Shown here: positions 16,888-29,339 of the stretch, one piece after another
How positions within the stretch are numbered: the first letter of the stretch is position 1
Layout: every line of letters begins with the position of its first letter
Origin: Eimeria praecox
Taxonomy: Eukaryota
DNA length: 64,000 nt
Reading direction: 5' to 3'
NCBI GenBank assembly: GCA_963920595.1
Contig: OY986947.1
Span: 4,030,001-4,094,000, forward strand
Made by a program: the position numbers and the translations under genes
Notes under the pieces: generated by a model
What the model was told of the DNA's origin: nothing
Database searches by the model: none
The model's input: only the letters and a program-made list of their open reading frames with translations

Positions 16888-17115
16888 ATGGCTGAGTTGG
16901 CAGGTGGCGATTGCATAGCTCTGAGCACCCGTAGCATATCATTTGTTGCAGCAGCAGCAGCAGATGAGGGGCCCTCGTTAAAGACTGTCTCAGATACAGG
17001 AAATGCTTCCTCTATTGAGCTACCCCCGGCACCCCCTGCAAACCAAATCCTATGCGACGCTGCAGACGTGCCGCTCCCATGCTGGCGGAAAGTACGCCGC
17101 TGCTGCTGCTGTTGT

Positions 17116-17147
<32 letters not shown>

Positions 17148-20100
17148 TTGCTGCTGTTGCTGCTGCTGTTTGTGGGGGTTGTGTGTGAGTTTTCAGACTG
17201 TTTATTTTGTTTTTTGTGTGTTATGTTGTGTCATATATATTCGTGTGTCTGCGAATATACGAATAAGCGTAATAATGCGTGTGTATACGTGTGCATGCAT
17301 GCAGTGTCGAGGGGTGGGTTTGGGGCTTTTGAATCCCCACACCCTTTGTTTTGTTAACTCCGTCGTCCAGGTGTTAGCCTATACACCTGGATTTGCTGAC
17401 GATTGCTTAGAGGAGCGTCACAGACAATCTTGCTGCAGCCGGCTGCGTACAGCAGCACGCAGGAAGGAAGCAGCAGCAGCAGCAGCAGCAGCAGGAGCAG
17501 CAGCAGGAGCAGCAGCAGGAGCAGCAGGAGCAGCAGGATTGAAGGGAAGACTAGCAGATGTTCCTTCTACGTTTTGTGCTATTTGCAAGCTTGAACAGCA
17601 GGTGCTGTCGATACACCGGAGAGAGGCAGGGGGGCACACAGCTGTATCTAGAGGAGGAGGGGGAGGCCGCCCTGGTTACGTTCAAAACAATTTAGTTGCA
17701 TATATTAAACCATTTATTTGGAAATCATTCTATCCAGGTAGACAAGAAGACGCTCATGAATTCTTTCGTTATTTGATTGATGCCTTGATGAAAGCCCCAG
17801 CAACACCTGCTGCTGCTGCACTGCAGCAGCAGCAAAACCAGCAGCAGCACCAGCATCACCAGCAAGGAAAGAAAGAAGTTAAGCCTGAGGTAGCTCTAAC
17901 AAGCTACTTCGGCCGCCTCTTTGGTTGCTGGCTTCGCTCTTCTGTTGTCTGTACACAGTGCAAGAAAGCATCTGTTCGATTTGAAGGAGCTGTTGATATA
18001 CCCCTAGATATAGGGGGGGCCCCTGGGGCCCCCGGGGGCCCCGGGGGCCTCAGTAAATCTTTAGGACAACCCCCACAAAATGCATATAGTATTGAAAAGG
18101 CTCTCAGCAGATTTGTGGCGAAAGAAACCCTTAGCGGCAGCAACGCATACATGTAAGCAGCAGTACATACACTCCATTCGTTTCTGCTTTTCTTAAATAT
18201 ATTTTGATTTGAAGGTTTATCTCTTGTGCTGTTACTGCGATTTTATTGTTTTCTTTGATGTTGTTTATACTAGGGTTTATGTGTTGCTGTGTGTTTTATT
18301 TTTAGGGTTTGTTTGGTATTGTTTCTGTTTACTTGTTTTGTTTGTTGTTTCTCTTTTATTTGTGTTTTCTATTAATTTATTTTTTATATTGCTGGGGAGG
18401 ATGTGGGGTGGTGGGGTTGTTGTATTTATTCTAACTGTTTATTTTGCATGCAATTTGCATGCATGCATGCATGTTGGTTCCAACACCCCTGATAAGGGTG
18501 ATGTCCCTTCTTCAATTTTCATGGCGGCCTAATTAATAACGTAAATAAAATAATAAAATATTAAGAAAACAATTTATTTTTATTTTCTTAGTTAGGCCGA
18601 CATAGAGTTGCAGCAGCCGCCTCGCCCTTATCAGTACAAAATCAACACAAGAGATAAAATGAGTTGTGAAGTGCTTGTCGAATTCGGTGGTAGCTCATTC
18701 TCCTTGATATGCGTTCAAGGGGAACTTGCATGCATGCATGCATGCATGCATGCGTGCATGCATGCAATTTGCATGCAATTTGCATGCAATTTGCATGCGA
18801 TTTGGTTGCATGCATGCATGCATGCAGGCAGGCAGGCAATTTGCATGCGATTTGCATGCGATTTGGTTGCATGCATGCATGCATGCATGCAGGCAGGCAA
18901 TTTGCATGCGATTTGCATGCGATTTGGTTGCATGCATGCATGCATGCAACCATGCAATTTGCATGCGATTTGGTTGCATGCATGCATGCATGCATGCATG
19001 CAATTTGCATGCGATTTGCATGCGCTTTGGTTGCATGCATGCATGCATGCATGCATATATGCATGTTGGTTGTTTGGGTTATTGCAGGTGTAGCCACTGT
19101 CAAGAGAAGGTACGTGCGACGAAGCAACTGGAGTTGTTTACTCTTCCCTCTATTTTAACATTATCTTTGAAACGTTTCTCTCTTGCTATCTGTGGAGGCT
19201 GCGCTATCCCCATTAAGAATCATAGAGCTGTTAGCTTTCCTATTCATCTTAACGTCCTCCCCTTCCTCCCTCAAGAGGCAGTGGAGTTGCAGCAGCGTCT
19301 GCTGCAGCAGCAAATTGAACACCAACTGCAGCGCATGCAGCAGCATCAACAACTCCAACAACAGCAACAACAGCAGCAGCAATTGCTGCTACAACAACAG
19401 CAACGACATTTGAAAAAACAACACACTGCAGCAGATAAGAAGCCATCCCCTGCTGCTTCTACTACTGCTTCATCTCCCTGCTCCTCTCCGCCTCACTCTC
19501 CGAGTCCTTCCCTCCCTTCCCGCAGGCTTGCAGCAGCAGCAACAGCAGCAGCAGCAGCAGCAGCCACAGCAGCAGAGCCAACACCTGCAGCAGCAAAAGA
19601 CGGGGTCGCAAGCAGCGGCATTGCCAGCGATTCCTCACCAACAGCAGCAGCAGCAGCAGGAGCTGCAGCAGCAGCAGCAGCAGCAGCAGGGGCTTCTCCT
19701 TCTTACATGTATCGTTTGTTTGCTGTTATCACTCACTCTGGCGGATCGCTCTCTTCAGGGCACTACCGCGCATTTGTTAGGGCACCCACAGGGGGGACAC
19801 AATCAGCAGCAGCAGCAGCAGCAGCAGCAGGTGGGAAGGGCGACTGGATAGCTATAGACGATGAGCTTGTTTCTCTTGTCAGTGAAGCAGCAGTGCTGCA
19901 CAGGCTACAGCACGAAGCTTATCTTCTCTTCTATTCAAAAGTGCCTTCCCAGGGGGAGCAGCAGCTGCAGCAGCTTCTGCAGCAGAACAAAAACCTCAAA
20001 CAGCAGCAAGAGCAGCAGCAGCAAAACAAACAACCAACATATGTAATGCATGATACAGACGACGAAGGCAGCCTCAGCCCTCCAGAGGCGGATCCCGAGC

Positions 20101-21529
20101 TTAGTACTAGCGAGGATGAGTGGAGCGACTGCAGCAGCAGCAGCAGGAGCAGCAGGAGCAGCGTGAGCAGCTGCGGCAGCAGCAGCATGGGCAGAAGCAG
20201 CAGCAGCAGCAGCAGCAGCAGCGGCCACATGCAAGCTGTGCTCCCGCTGCTGCGGCAGCTGGAGAAGACGCGGCGTTCGCTTCAGTTTTCTTCTTCTCGA
20301 CGGCGTAGGGTTCATCTGTCTTTGCGCTGTCAGATGCTGCTGCTGTCTATTCAAAGAGCTAGAAGAGGCAAAAGGGCCATTAAGACAAGCGAAAACAACC
20401 AGCAGCAGCAGCAGCAGCAGCAGCCACAACAGCAGCAGCAGCCACAACAGCAGCAGCAGCAGCAGCCACAACAACAGCAGCAGCAGCAGCCGCAACAACA
20501 ACAGCAGCAGCAGCAGCCGCAACAGCAGCAGCCGCAGCAGAAGAGGAGGCTGATTGGGGTTGTAACAGCGGCAATGATGCAAAAACGAAAGGAAGAGGCT
20601 TCGAGCAGGAAAAAACAGTTTGGCTGCAGCTCAGCTAGTGTCTGGGAGGAGGATGAGGAGGAGCAGGGGGATAGTGCTGCTTCTGCTGCTGCAGCAGCAG
20701 CAGCAAGAGAAGAGCAGGAGGCGTTTGAAAGGCTGCAGCTGCAGCAGCAGCCGCTGCCGCAGAAGCGCAGCAGACATGATCGAGAATATGATTTGGGCCG
20801 CCTTGAGAAAGTGCGAAATCATCTTAGTCGTAAACCCGTCGGGGGTGAGTGGTGTATATACACCTGAAATGTCTTAGGCATTCTTTTGTCTGTCTCTATG
20901 CAAGCAATTGCTGTCTGTCTCTCTGTCTTGCTGTGCCTCGATTATCTCTGTCTCTCTCTCTCTATTGCTCTGTCTCTCAAGTATTGTTTCTGTCTCCCTC
21001 TTTTTCTCTTCTGTTCTCTCTCAAGGGCCCCTGATGCTATCTCTGCATCTTCTACTCGTTAACTAACATATTTGTATTCTGTTTTAGTATTATATCTCTG
21101 GGTGATGCGATACACCGTAGTTCTACATACTCGTAGCCTAAGACTTGTTGTAGGAAACGTTAAGAGGTTGAAGGGCTTCATAATATCCAATATTATGAGA
21201 GGAAGCATCAAAGAAAATACATACATACAGGGGCTTAAGGTAGATGTTTGTTTGTGTTTATTTGGTTTGTGTTTGCAGAAACTATGGTCGTTAAGACTCA
21301 GAAAGATGGCACTTCAGGCTCTTTCTTGGTGCATCAGCGGGCAGCCTTTGATTTGCTGCAGCAGCAGCAGCAGCAGCAGCAGAAACAGCAGCAGCAGAGA
21401 AGGGGTCCGCCTGGCCCCAAAGGCCGAAAGGGCTCCCGCCCCGGTTTTAACAAGAAGAACGGAAAAGGAAGAAACCCGCAAAAACACAAACGCATGCACA
21501 AGGGGGGATGGAGGAATGGTCGTCCTTGA
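16888..21529 (+). CDS. Ubiquitin carboxyl-terminal hydrolase (peptidase C19), USP36/USP42-like, 4 exons
   Basis: Exons 16888-17091, 17305-18152, 19088-20844 and 21279-21529 are phase-consistent. Motifs: Cys box GLLNPHTLCFVNSVVQVL, GRQEDAHEF, zinc-finger CTQC/CSHC, LTLSLKRF, His box HSGGSLSSGHYRAFVR, WIAIDD, EAYLLFY. The C-terminal DREYDLGRLEKVR followed by a basic tail is typical of nucleolar USP36-type enzymes. Confidence 0.9.
18727..19064. repeat. TGCATGCA-based tandem array in USP intron 2
   Basis: About 340 bp of (TGCA)n interleaved with recurring ATTTGCATGCGATTTGGTTG units. It ends about 20 nt before the acceptor at 19087. Confidence 0.95.
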
Positions 21530-21779
21530 GTGTAAGGCTTGTTGGGGGCGTTGCAGCGGGGCGGTGTGGCTGCTGCTGTCCTTTAACATAAAACCCTAAA
21601 CCCTAAACCCCGAAGCCATATAGAACCGATAACAAACAGGGGGGCTGACCGGGACAGGGCTAGAATGCATACAGCGCTTGTAGCTGTCCCCTACCGATAG
21701 GTTCTATGGGGTCTTTCAATGAAGGAAGCAGAGAGAAACTGCTGCTTCTGCCAGCAACAGACAGGCATCTTACGTATAT

Positions 21780-23300
21780 ATTAAGGATGGAGAAAAACAC
21801 GAGATCTGACACAGAGCAACCCGCAGTGAATTACAATATATTTCGACATATTTAAATAGAGTGACACCCAAAACACCCGGCGAAATGCCAGTTAAGGGGA
21901 GTTTCAGTGGGTGTACGTGTACGTACACTGCAAACAGCAGGAGATGCGGCGAGCAGTCCCTCATCGTCCAGTTTAGCTGTCCCTTTCTCGTTTCTCAAAG
22001 TGACCCTTATCATGAAAAATTCTACGAGTTGAAGCCCATGGATGTTGGGAAGGCAAAGGCTGTTCACAATACACAGCGCTATGCGCGTCTCTGTACTGAC
22101 AGCTTGTTATATTCCTCTCTACCCCGCTATAATCTTATTATTTCTACTACTAAGGAATAGCATTTGTTTGCTTGCTAAATGGCATCCCTTCATACCTCTC
22201 AGTATGCCCGACGACGCGGATGTAGTGACAGTTCATGCGGTGGGGGCGACTCAGGACTCACCAGTGTATAGTGGATGCGTCGGGGGAATTCAATAAAAGC
22301 AATGCTTTGAGCTGTAGGCTAACCATAACAGGAAGCATAAGTAGGTGGGAGCGTCTGCTAGGGTCTGGTGAGTGTATCTGTAGCATGGCCTGTTCAAAAC
22401 TGGTGCGTCTACTTCTACATGCATGCAAGACTCTCGTTGCACTGCATAGCAGAGCATTGTGGAGAGAAAGCTGCGGAAGCAGCGACCCTAACCCCCGCAA
22501 CGGCACGCCACCAGCAAAAAGAAGCCAGTTAGAAATACGTGCAGATGCAAATAGGAGATACTCCCCCATCAGGCTTTGCGAAAGACTCAGTTTCCTCCCT
22601 CCCTTGGCCCCCTCGAGCAATGCACCATGGCCACGATCTGACCTCGAAAGGGAGGCAGGGGAGAAAAAGCAGGGGGAGGCACCCAAAGCACGTGCGCCTC
22701 AGCACAGTTGAAATAAGCGCAGTATCAGCAACGTATCCAACCAAAATTGTCTTCACCGCGAAGCCAGTTCATGAAAAGAGCGTCCGCTGTTTAGGATGGC
22801 CCATTCTTAACGGGCGTCATAAAGCGGGGGCAGTGGAGCAGTTTCTGGCTTGTACGTAGGTTGGCTTTTGCCTTCAGAATACACTGAATCGGCTACTGCT
22901 GTTCATGGAATTCCTTATGAGAAGAAGCACGCTAGGCCTGTCAAACGGTGCCTCTTTTATATAGCACATAGGGGCTATGCAACTTTTCCGATATGTGCTG
23001 CGATGTACGTTTGATTCAGCGGTTGCCTTGGGCTAAAGCTCTGATATAAATAAGAGGGCTTAACCAAGGCAAAGCAACAATAAAATAAGCGCTACAGCAA
23101 GAAAGACAATTCCTTGGGGAGCATAGGCTTCATGCAGGGATCTGAGTTTCTGTATACATGATTCGCGACATGGGTGCTCTTCTCGGGAGAGAGGCAATCT
23201 GTAATGGAATTCGCTTCAGGGATGGAACGAAACGGTGGAAGGATGGAACGCGTGGGGAGAACGCCACTGCCACCCCCATGGAAAAAGGCTTTAAAGATGA
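21780..23300 (-). mobile_element. Degenerate Ty3/gypsy RT-RNase H remnant (minus strand)
   Basis: Motif traces occur in the correct order on the minus strand: LPPFRS (~23240), PWLSPLIYIR (~23065, like SPWxSP), KTA (~22845), MTPVKNGPS...FMN (~22820, like MPFGLKNAP), VGYVADTALIS (~22735, like VYxDD), PDAS...VLS (~22275), PHLLLFAVYVHVHPLK (~21940, like TDHxPL), KYVEIYCNSL (~21850). There are many stops and frameshifts. Confidence 0.6.
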
Positions 23301-23831
23301 CCAAGATTCAGACTGTAGGGTTCTTTGTGAATGCTTACATGTCTCAAAAACAGGTAAGGACTCAGAACAGAAAGGATCCTACAGACCCAGGATTCAGCCG
23401 AGGGAACGAATAAAGGGGAGAAACTGCTTCCTTTGCAGCATTGCCACATAATTTTGGTGTTCCAGGCGCACGAAAAGAGCAAGGGAACCGGAGAAGTAGG
23501 ACTCCGAGCAGCGCTGAAGGGGAAATCAACGAAACGCCTTTGACCCCACGCAGCGTGCGTGCGGTGTAGTGACGAGAACAAAAGAGGTGAAAGCCGCGGT
23601 TGCAAGCCCGTCTCAAGTCAACTTTGTGTTAACCTAAATTTTATCAATGGCCAGGAGGCATGGCTAGCTGTGGTATTACACATTGCGAAGTAAGTCTGAT
23701 ATCTGACGGTACAGCGAGGAGGTGCGCCTTCCTCATCTATTCATTGCCACACTCGCGCGGATTAGGCTTTGAGGTTGCCACATAGGGCAAAATGATCGGT
23801 AAAATCATCCAAGTAAGTGCCAGCTCAACCT

Positions 23832-24015
23832 GGAGAGGGCGTTGCAGCTTCTGCAGCCATCCACGGTATGCATAGGATTAAGCGCAGGCGGGGGTGAACT
23901 GTGTGATATAATCCCTAATCCCTAATCCCATAATCCCTAATATCACGGTTCACCCCCACTTGCGCATAATCCTAGACATGCCGTAGATGGCTGTAGAAGC
24001 TGCCACGCCGTCTCC
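23832..24015. repeat. Fold-back element: ~77-bp imperfect inverted repeats around a 30-bp (AATCCCT)n telomere-variant spacer
   Basis: The left arm 23832-23909 (GGAGAGGGCGTTGCAGCTTC...GGGGGTGAACTGTGTGATAT) aligns with the reverse complement of 23940-24015 (GGAGACGGCGTGGCAGCTTC...GGGGGTGAACCGTGATAT), with about 11 substitutions and one 2-nt indel. Confidence 0.9.
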
Positions 24016-24279
24016 TGAAGCCACTGTTGAGGGCTGCGTGCTGGAAAGTGCCAGGAAAGTACACCTCTTTAGCCACCTCTAACACCATTTGCAATTGCAA
24101 TCTGAACGGTTAGAAGAATAGGATCAGCGTCCCAAGAAGGGAGGTGCGAGAAAACTCCATCACACTGTAGCGCGGGAAAAGGGGAAACGCATGCCCTGCG
24201 TCTTGGTAGTGTCTACAAAAAAGTAGCTTTGGGTGATTGAACCAGCTGGGCAGCCTAAAAAACGCAGAAGAGTGTACAA

Positions 24280-25520
24280 CTGAAGGAAAAGCTTTCAGGT
24301 GTAAACAGAGGGCATCTAGCGGGCAGGGCGAGCAGCTAAACGCCCAGCGCTCATCATCATCCCCCACACTCATGAGCTATCCCCAAGCATTATCACGGAG
24401 CACAGGGGACTCCCCTATCTTAAAGAAGCAACCGAGCAGCAAGAAGATGAACTGCTAAGAAAAGGCGTTACTGAACTACTGCTACTGCTATCCCATCCAC
24501 TCACAATCTAGCATTCGAGATGGCAAATGCGGCACCTGAATTTCCCCACCCCACCTCCCCAACAAAATAGCGGCTCATTCGGATTTCCCATCATTCTGCG
24601 GAGTCCGCCGATAGGTTGACCGTTTGCAAGATTCAGCAGTCGATTTATCGCTTATATTCGCTAACATGTTCCCGCAAATGGGGATGCTCTCCGACGGAAG
24701 GCACGAGCTTACTTTTCACAGTTGCATTTGCAAAATAGAATACATCTGCATGGCATGTGGGCTGGTGGCTGCACCTGCCGAATTGCAGCGGCGAGTCAAA
24801 CACAAAATCTTGTTCCCACTCAGGGTAGATGGATGGTTATATGCATGTATGAGGATGCAGAAAGGACGTTCTTTCCCCACTCGGTCCATCCATACTTTGT
24901 TAGGCAGCCAGACGCGCGACGGCGTGCGCTACTCGTGAGAGAGAAGTAGACGAGTGAAGCATGGCCTGTCTGAAGTTGATGCATGCATTTTGAGCGGAAT
25001 GTAGGCTGGCTTCCGAGGGCCTGGAAGGTGTTTAAAAAGTGTCTGTACTAGTTGTCTATCTATCAAAAGGAGGCATGGGTATGCCCTACGTGGGCGGCTG
25101 CCTTGCAGCAGGCGTTGCGGCATTAGGGAATGCTGCGAATCCTGACACTTCCCCTGAAGAGTGGATTTTGCAAAGTAGGTGAATGCATTTCTACTTGGGT
25201 GCAAAAAGCTTTTCTAAGACGCAAGCACGTTTCTAACGATTGCGTACAACATGTTCGACGTTACAACATGCGGCACAAGCAAGCAAGAGGAGTGACTGCC
25301 TTGAAGCACCAGCTACATCAGGGTGCGTTGCAGTTCACGGCTAGCCTGCCAAGGTCCTCACCAGCCCCAGACACTAGGGCTCCTGTGCCCAGGATTCCTA
25401 GAGCCCGGAGGGGAGGCCAGATGTTTCTGGAGAACCCTTTTTCTTCGCGTCTCTTCATTGTATTGCAACTGGAGACGGTCCCTAGACCCTTGTGCCGCTG
25501 TCCACGGGAAGGGTGAAGAG
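24280..25520 (+). mobile_element. Degenerate Ty3/gypsy gag-protease-RT remnant (plus strand)
   Basis: EGKAFRCKQ/GHLA (~24283-24325) is a frameshifted zinc knuckle. LQDSAVDLSLI (24624) resembles retropepsin LxDSGAxxSxI. NPFSSRLFIV...RSLDPC (~25433-25495) resembles the RT start SPFSSP.F.V..DGSLR.C. Order and spacing fit gag-pro-RT. Confidence 0.55.
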
Positions 25521-26312
25521 ATAAGGGGAGGGGAGCCTGCTCCTTGTGAAAGATTGTACGAGGGATTTTGAGTATGCAGGGGCTCGTTGCAATCCTTGGC
25601 TAAGGCCGAGTACTCGCATTCTATACAGAAGGGCCCCTGTGCACCTGTGCCTAAGATGCCTGGGGACAGTAAGGGACTTAACTTGTTCTTTGAGAAGCAT
25701 TAAGTTAAGTATTTAACTCCACTGCAGCTCATGATACTGATACAGATAAGTTAAAGCGAAGAACTCTCATCCTAGCTCAACCAGCTACAGTACACTCAAG
25801 CTGTGACAGCAGTTATGCTTGTCTTTCCTGGAAAATGAGTTACTTAAGATACAGGAAGAGCAAACACAGGATTGAAAATTAACACAAAAGGATATAAATA
25901 TGTATATAGAGGGGTTAAGGCCCTAGAGAATCGCTGTACTCAGGCACATCTCATACAGGGCGCTCTGTCTGGGTGGGAGGAGGCGCATCTGTAGCTGGGG
26001 TGGTTTGAGGGTTATAGGTGATGTTTTATGAAGCGTAAGGAGGCACTGAAAACAAACAAAACAAAATAATGTAATATATTAAAACATGAAAACACACAAC
26101 ATTATTTCTCCTTGTTTCTAAGCAGGCGGCCGCAGTTCAGCCCGCCGTAGCCGACTACTAGAATGCATGCGAGGCGACGCTGAGGGAATATGTGTGTTTT
26201 TTGGGTTTGCAATACAAAATAATTTGTTATTTTCTTTCTATTTCTTCTTTTTTATTTCTCTGGAGACGCAAATCGCACGGGAAACAGCGGCTCCTGAGGC
26301 TTTCTTCACAGG

Positions 26313-28773
26313 ATGTTCACGACGAGGTGGGAGGCGTCATTCTCCTTCTTTTTTCATCATATAGAAGCTAATTTTAATTTTAAATGATTTGTTTTCTTCA
26401 TTTATTTAATATTTACTACACTTGTTATGCTGAATTGAGGATCGGATTTGTTGCGGTTTCGGATGCTAAGGGGTTAGGGTTTAGGGTTTAGGGTTTAGGT
26501 TTGACAGCTACAGTTCAAGTTCCTGCATACACCTCTACGGGATGTTATATATTTATTTTTTCTTTATTTATTGTGCATTCAGTGCACATATATATTAAAA
26601 TGCATAATACGACGCATTAAACGATGTGTTTCTTCTCTTTCTTCTCTTACTAAGTTCTAGAGCAGCCGAAGCGGGCATCCTTCTTCTCTTGTTATCAGGA
26701 AAAACAGAAGAAATCAAATTCATAGATATACAGATTTTTTGTGTTTTATCCTTCTATTCTTTTGTTTGTTTCTTTCCCTTCATGAAATGATGTTTATTTT
26801 CTCTCTCCTTTCCACCCGTTGTACAAGCAACAGCGTCTCTGGCACTACTATGCATACATGCAATGCAATATGCTGCGGTGTACGTACAGTGCAAATTGTA
26901 AGATTAGATATGATAAAGGAGGGAATGCATGCATACACTGCATCCTTCAAACATTATAAATATGTAATTAGGAAGAAACAACACAACTGTGAGGTGTATA
27001 GGCGTATGTGTGTGTACACGGCATGCTGTACTACAAGCATCAGCTTATATGTGTATAAAATAATAAAATAAAAGAATATGAAATGCAGTGCCCGAAGCAG
27101 TAGTTAATAAACAAACATTCTCTCTTCTTTTTTTGCTGTCTCTGCAGGAGCGAATACGACCGCGGGGTCAACACCTTCTCCCCGGAGGGCCGCCTCTTTC
27201 AGGTGGGCTTTACACCTATCTTAGATATTATTTTTGTGTTTTTGTTTGTTTATATTTGTTTTTATTTGAATAGGAAACTCAAATTAAGCTAAACGCACTC
27301 TGCTCACTGCTTGTGTTTGTGAAGTGTGTTGTTTAACGCGCTCTACTTTCTGTTTATATGTATATTTCTCGTTTTCTTTGTTATTATTATTATTGTTTGG
27401 TTGTTCTGTCGATAATCGTCTGTTTGCTGCTTTGTTTCTACATTGCATGCATGCAGGTAGAGTACGCCTTAGGGGCTATTAAGCTGGGGAGTACGGCCAT
27501 TGGGATTCAGACAAAAGATGGAGTTGTCTTGGCTTCAGAAAGAAGAATTACTTCTTGCCTTCTTGAGCCTCAATCCATACAGAAAATTGCAGAAATTGAC
27601 TCCCATATTGCATGCGCTATGAGCGGTCTCATCGCCGACGCCCGGTGAGTGTTTTCTATATATTTCTGCACCGATCCTCCTCATTTTCATATTTATTTAT
27701 GTTTTCCTATGGTTTTATTATTTATTTGGAGGCAAAACGGACCAAAACCATTCAGGTTGAAGGGTTGAACTCTATGTCAAGCAGGCGCCCCTTGCACGCA
27801 CTGGGTTGGGGTGTACGTACAGCTGAAGACGGATCTGTTTCTGCACGATAGAAATGAAGCAACGAAGGCGGTGTTCTGGGGTGTTTGAACCTGTATTTCT
27901 GTTTTTTTTGCAGCATTTTTCTTATATATTTAAATCTTTATGTGTACAGAACCCTCATCGATCATGCTCGAGTTGAATGCGCCAATCATTTCTTCACCTT
28001 CAACGAGAAAATGTCTGTCAGGAGCTGCGTAGACGCAGTGGCGGATCTGGCTTTGGATTTCTCTGGTGCGCATGGTTGTTATTTTAACAACAAAATTAAT
28101 TTTATTTAATTATTATCTTTCAATTTGTTTGTAATTTGTCCTTGAGTATTTCATATTTTTAAAACAAAAAGTGCTTTGGAGGGAGTCGAACCCGCGCGAG
28201 GCTCCTCTCTCTCTCTCTCTCCTTTGTTGTATTGTTATTATCTGTTTCCTTTGCATCGCTCTTACCTGTTTCCTGTATGTTATAGTCTCTCGCTTTCTCT
28301 CGTTTTATTTGTTATTGTCTGTGTTATTTTTGTTTTTATAGTCTGCCTCACGTTTATTTTAATTCTTTTCTGATTGCTCTGTCGAAGCCGCTAGCAGCAG
28401 AAGCTAGGCACATGCTACTGCTGCTACTGCTGCTGCTGCTGCTGTTGCTGTTGCTGCAGACGTGGGCTCAGGGAGGAGGAAGAAGACGATGAGTCGGCCG
28501 TTTGGTGTTGCTTTACTCATCGCCGGTGTAGATAAGGAGGGCCCAGCCCTCTACAGTGCAGACCCTTCGGGTGCGTGTTGTTATCAGATCAGCAAAGATA
28601 TATATTTAAATTTAAATTTATATTTATATTTATATTTATATTTATATTTATATTTATATTTATATTTATATTTATATTTATATTTATATTTATATTTATA
28701 TTTATATCTATATTTATATCTATATTTATATTTATATTTATATTTATATTTATATTTATATTTATATTTATAT

Positions 28774-28804
<31 letters not shown>

Positions 28805-29301
28805 TTATTTTATGTACATATTTATATATGTAGTAATGTGGGGTTTGTAACAGTGAAAGCTAGCGAGGGTTTGTCTTAACACGCATGCAGTTCTGCTACT
28901 CCTTCGTTCTATCTCTCTTATTTGTGGGGCCTTCCCTCCCTCCCCCCTTTCCTCCCACATGCATGCATGCATGCATGCATGCATGCATCTTAGTAGGGTT
29001 TGCATGCATTTTGGGGCTGGCTGCATGCGCAGGCACGGTGACGAAGTACTTGGCGGTGGCGATGGGAAGTGCTCAAGAAGGCGCAGAGTCGATGCTACAT
29101 GAACAGTACAACGAGTCTATGTCTATGGAAGGCAAGACAGCCCCAAAATAAATTAAAACATGCATGCATGCATGCATGCATGCAGATTTGTAGAAGGGCG
29201 TGGTGTCTTGGGCATATACATGCTTGCACACCTTTCAGGAATAAAGAGAATCTAAATTCTGGGTTTGATAGAGTCGCTGCTTCTTCCTCTGCTGCTGCTG
29301 T

Positions 29302-29339
<38 letters not shown>

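Noticed and set aside
16876..17304. Poly-Cys run in the 426-aa ORF
   Set aside because: It lies in intron 17092-17304 (GTACGC...ATGCAG).
18608..19158. Overlapping MHACMHAC ORFs on both strands, including the N-terminus of the 713-aa ORF
   Set aside because: These are translations of the intronic TGCA array; the real exon starts at 19088.
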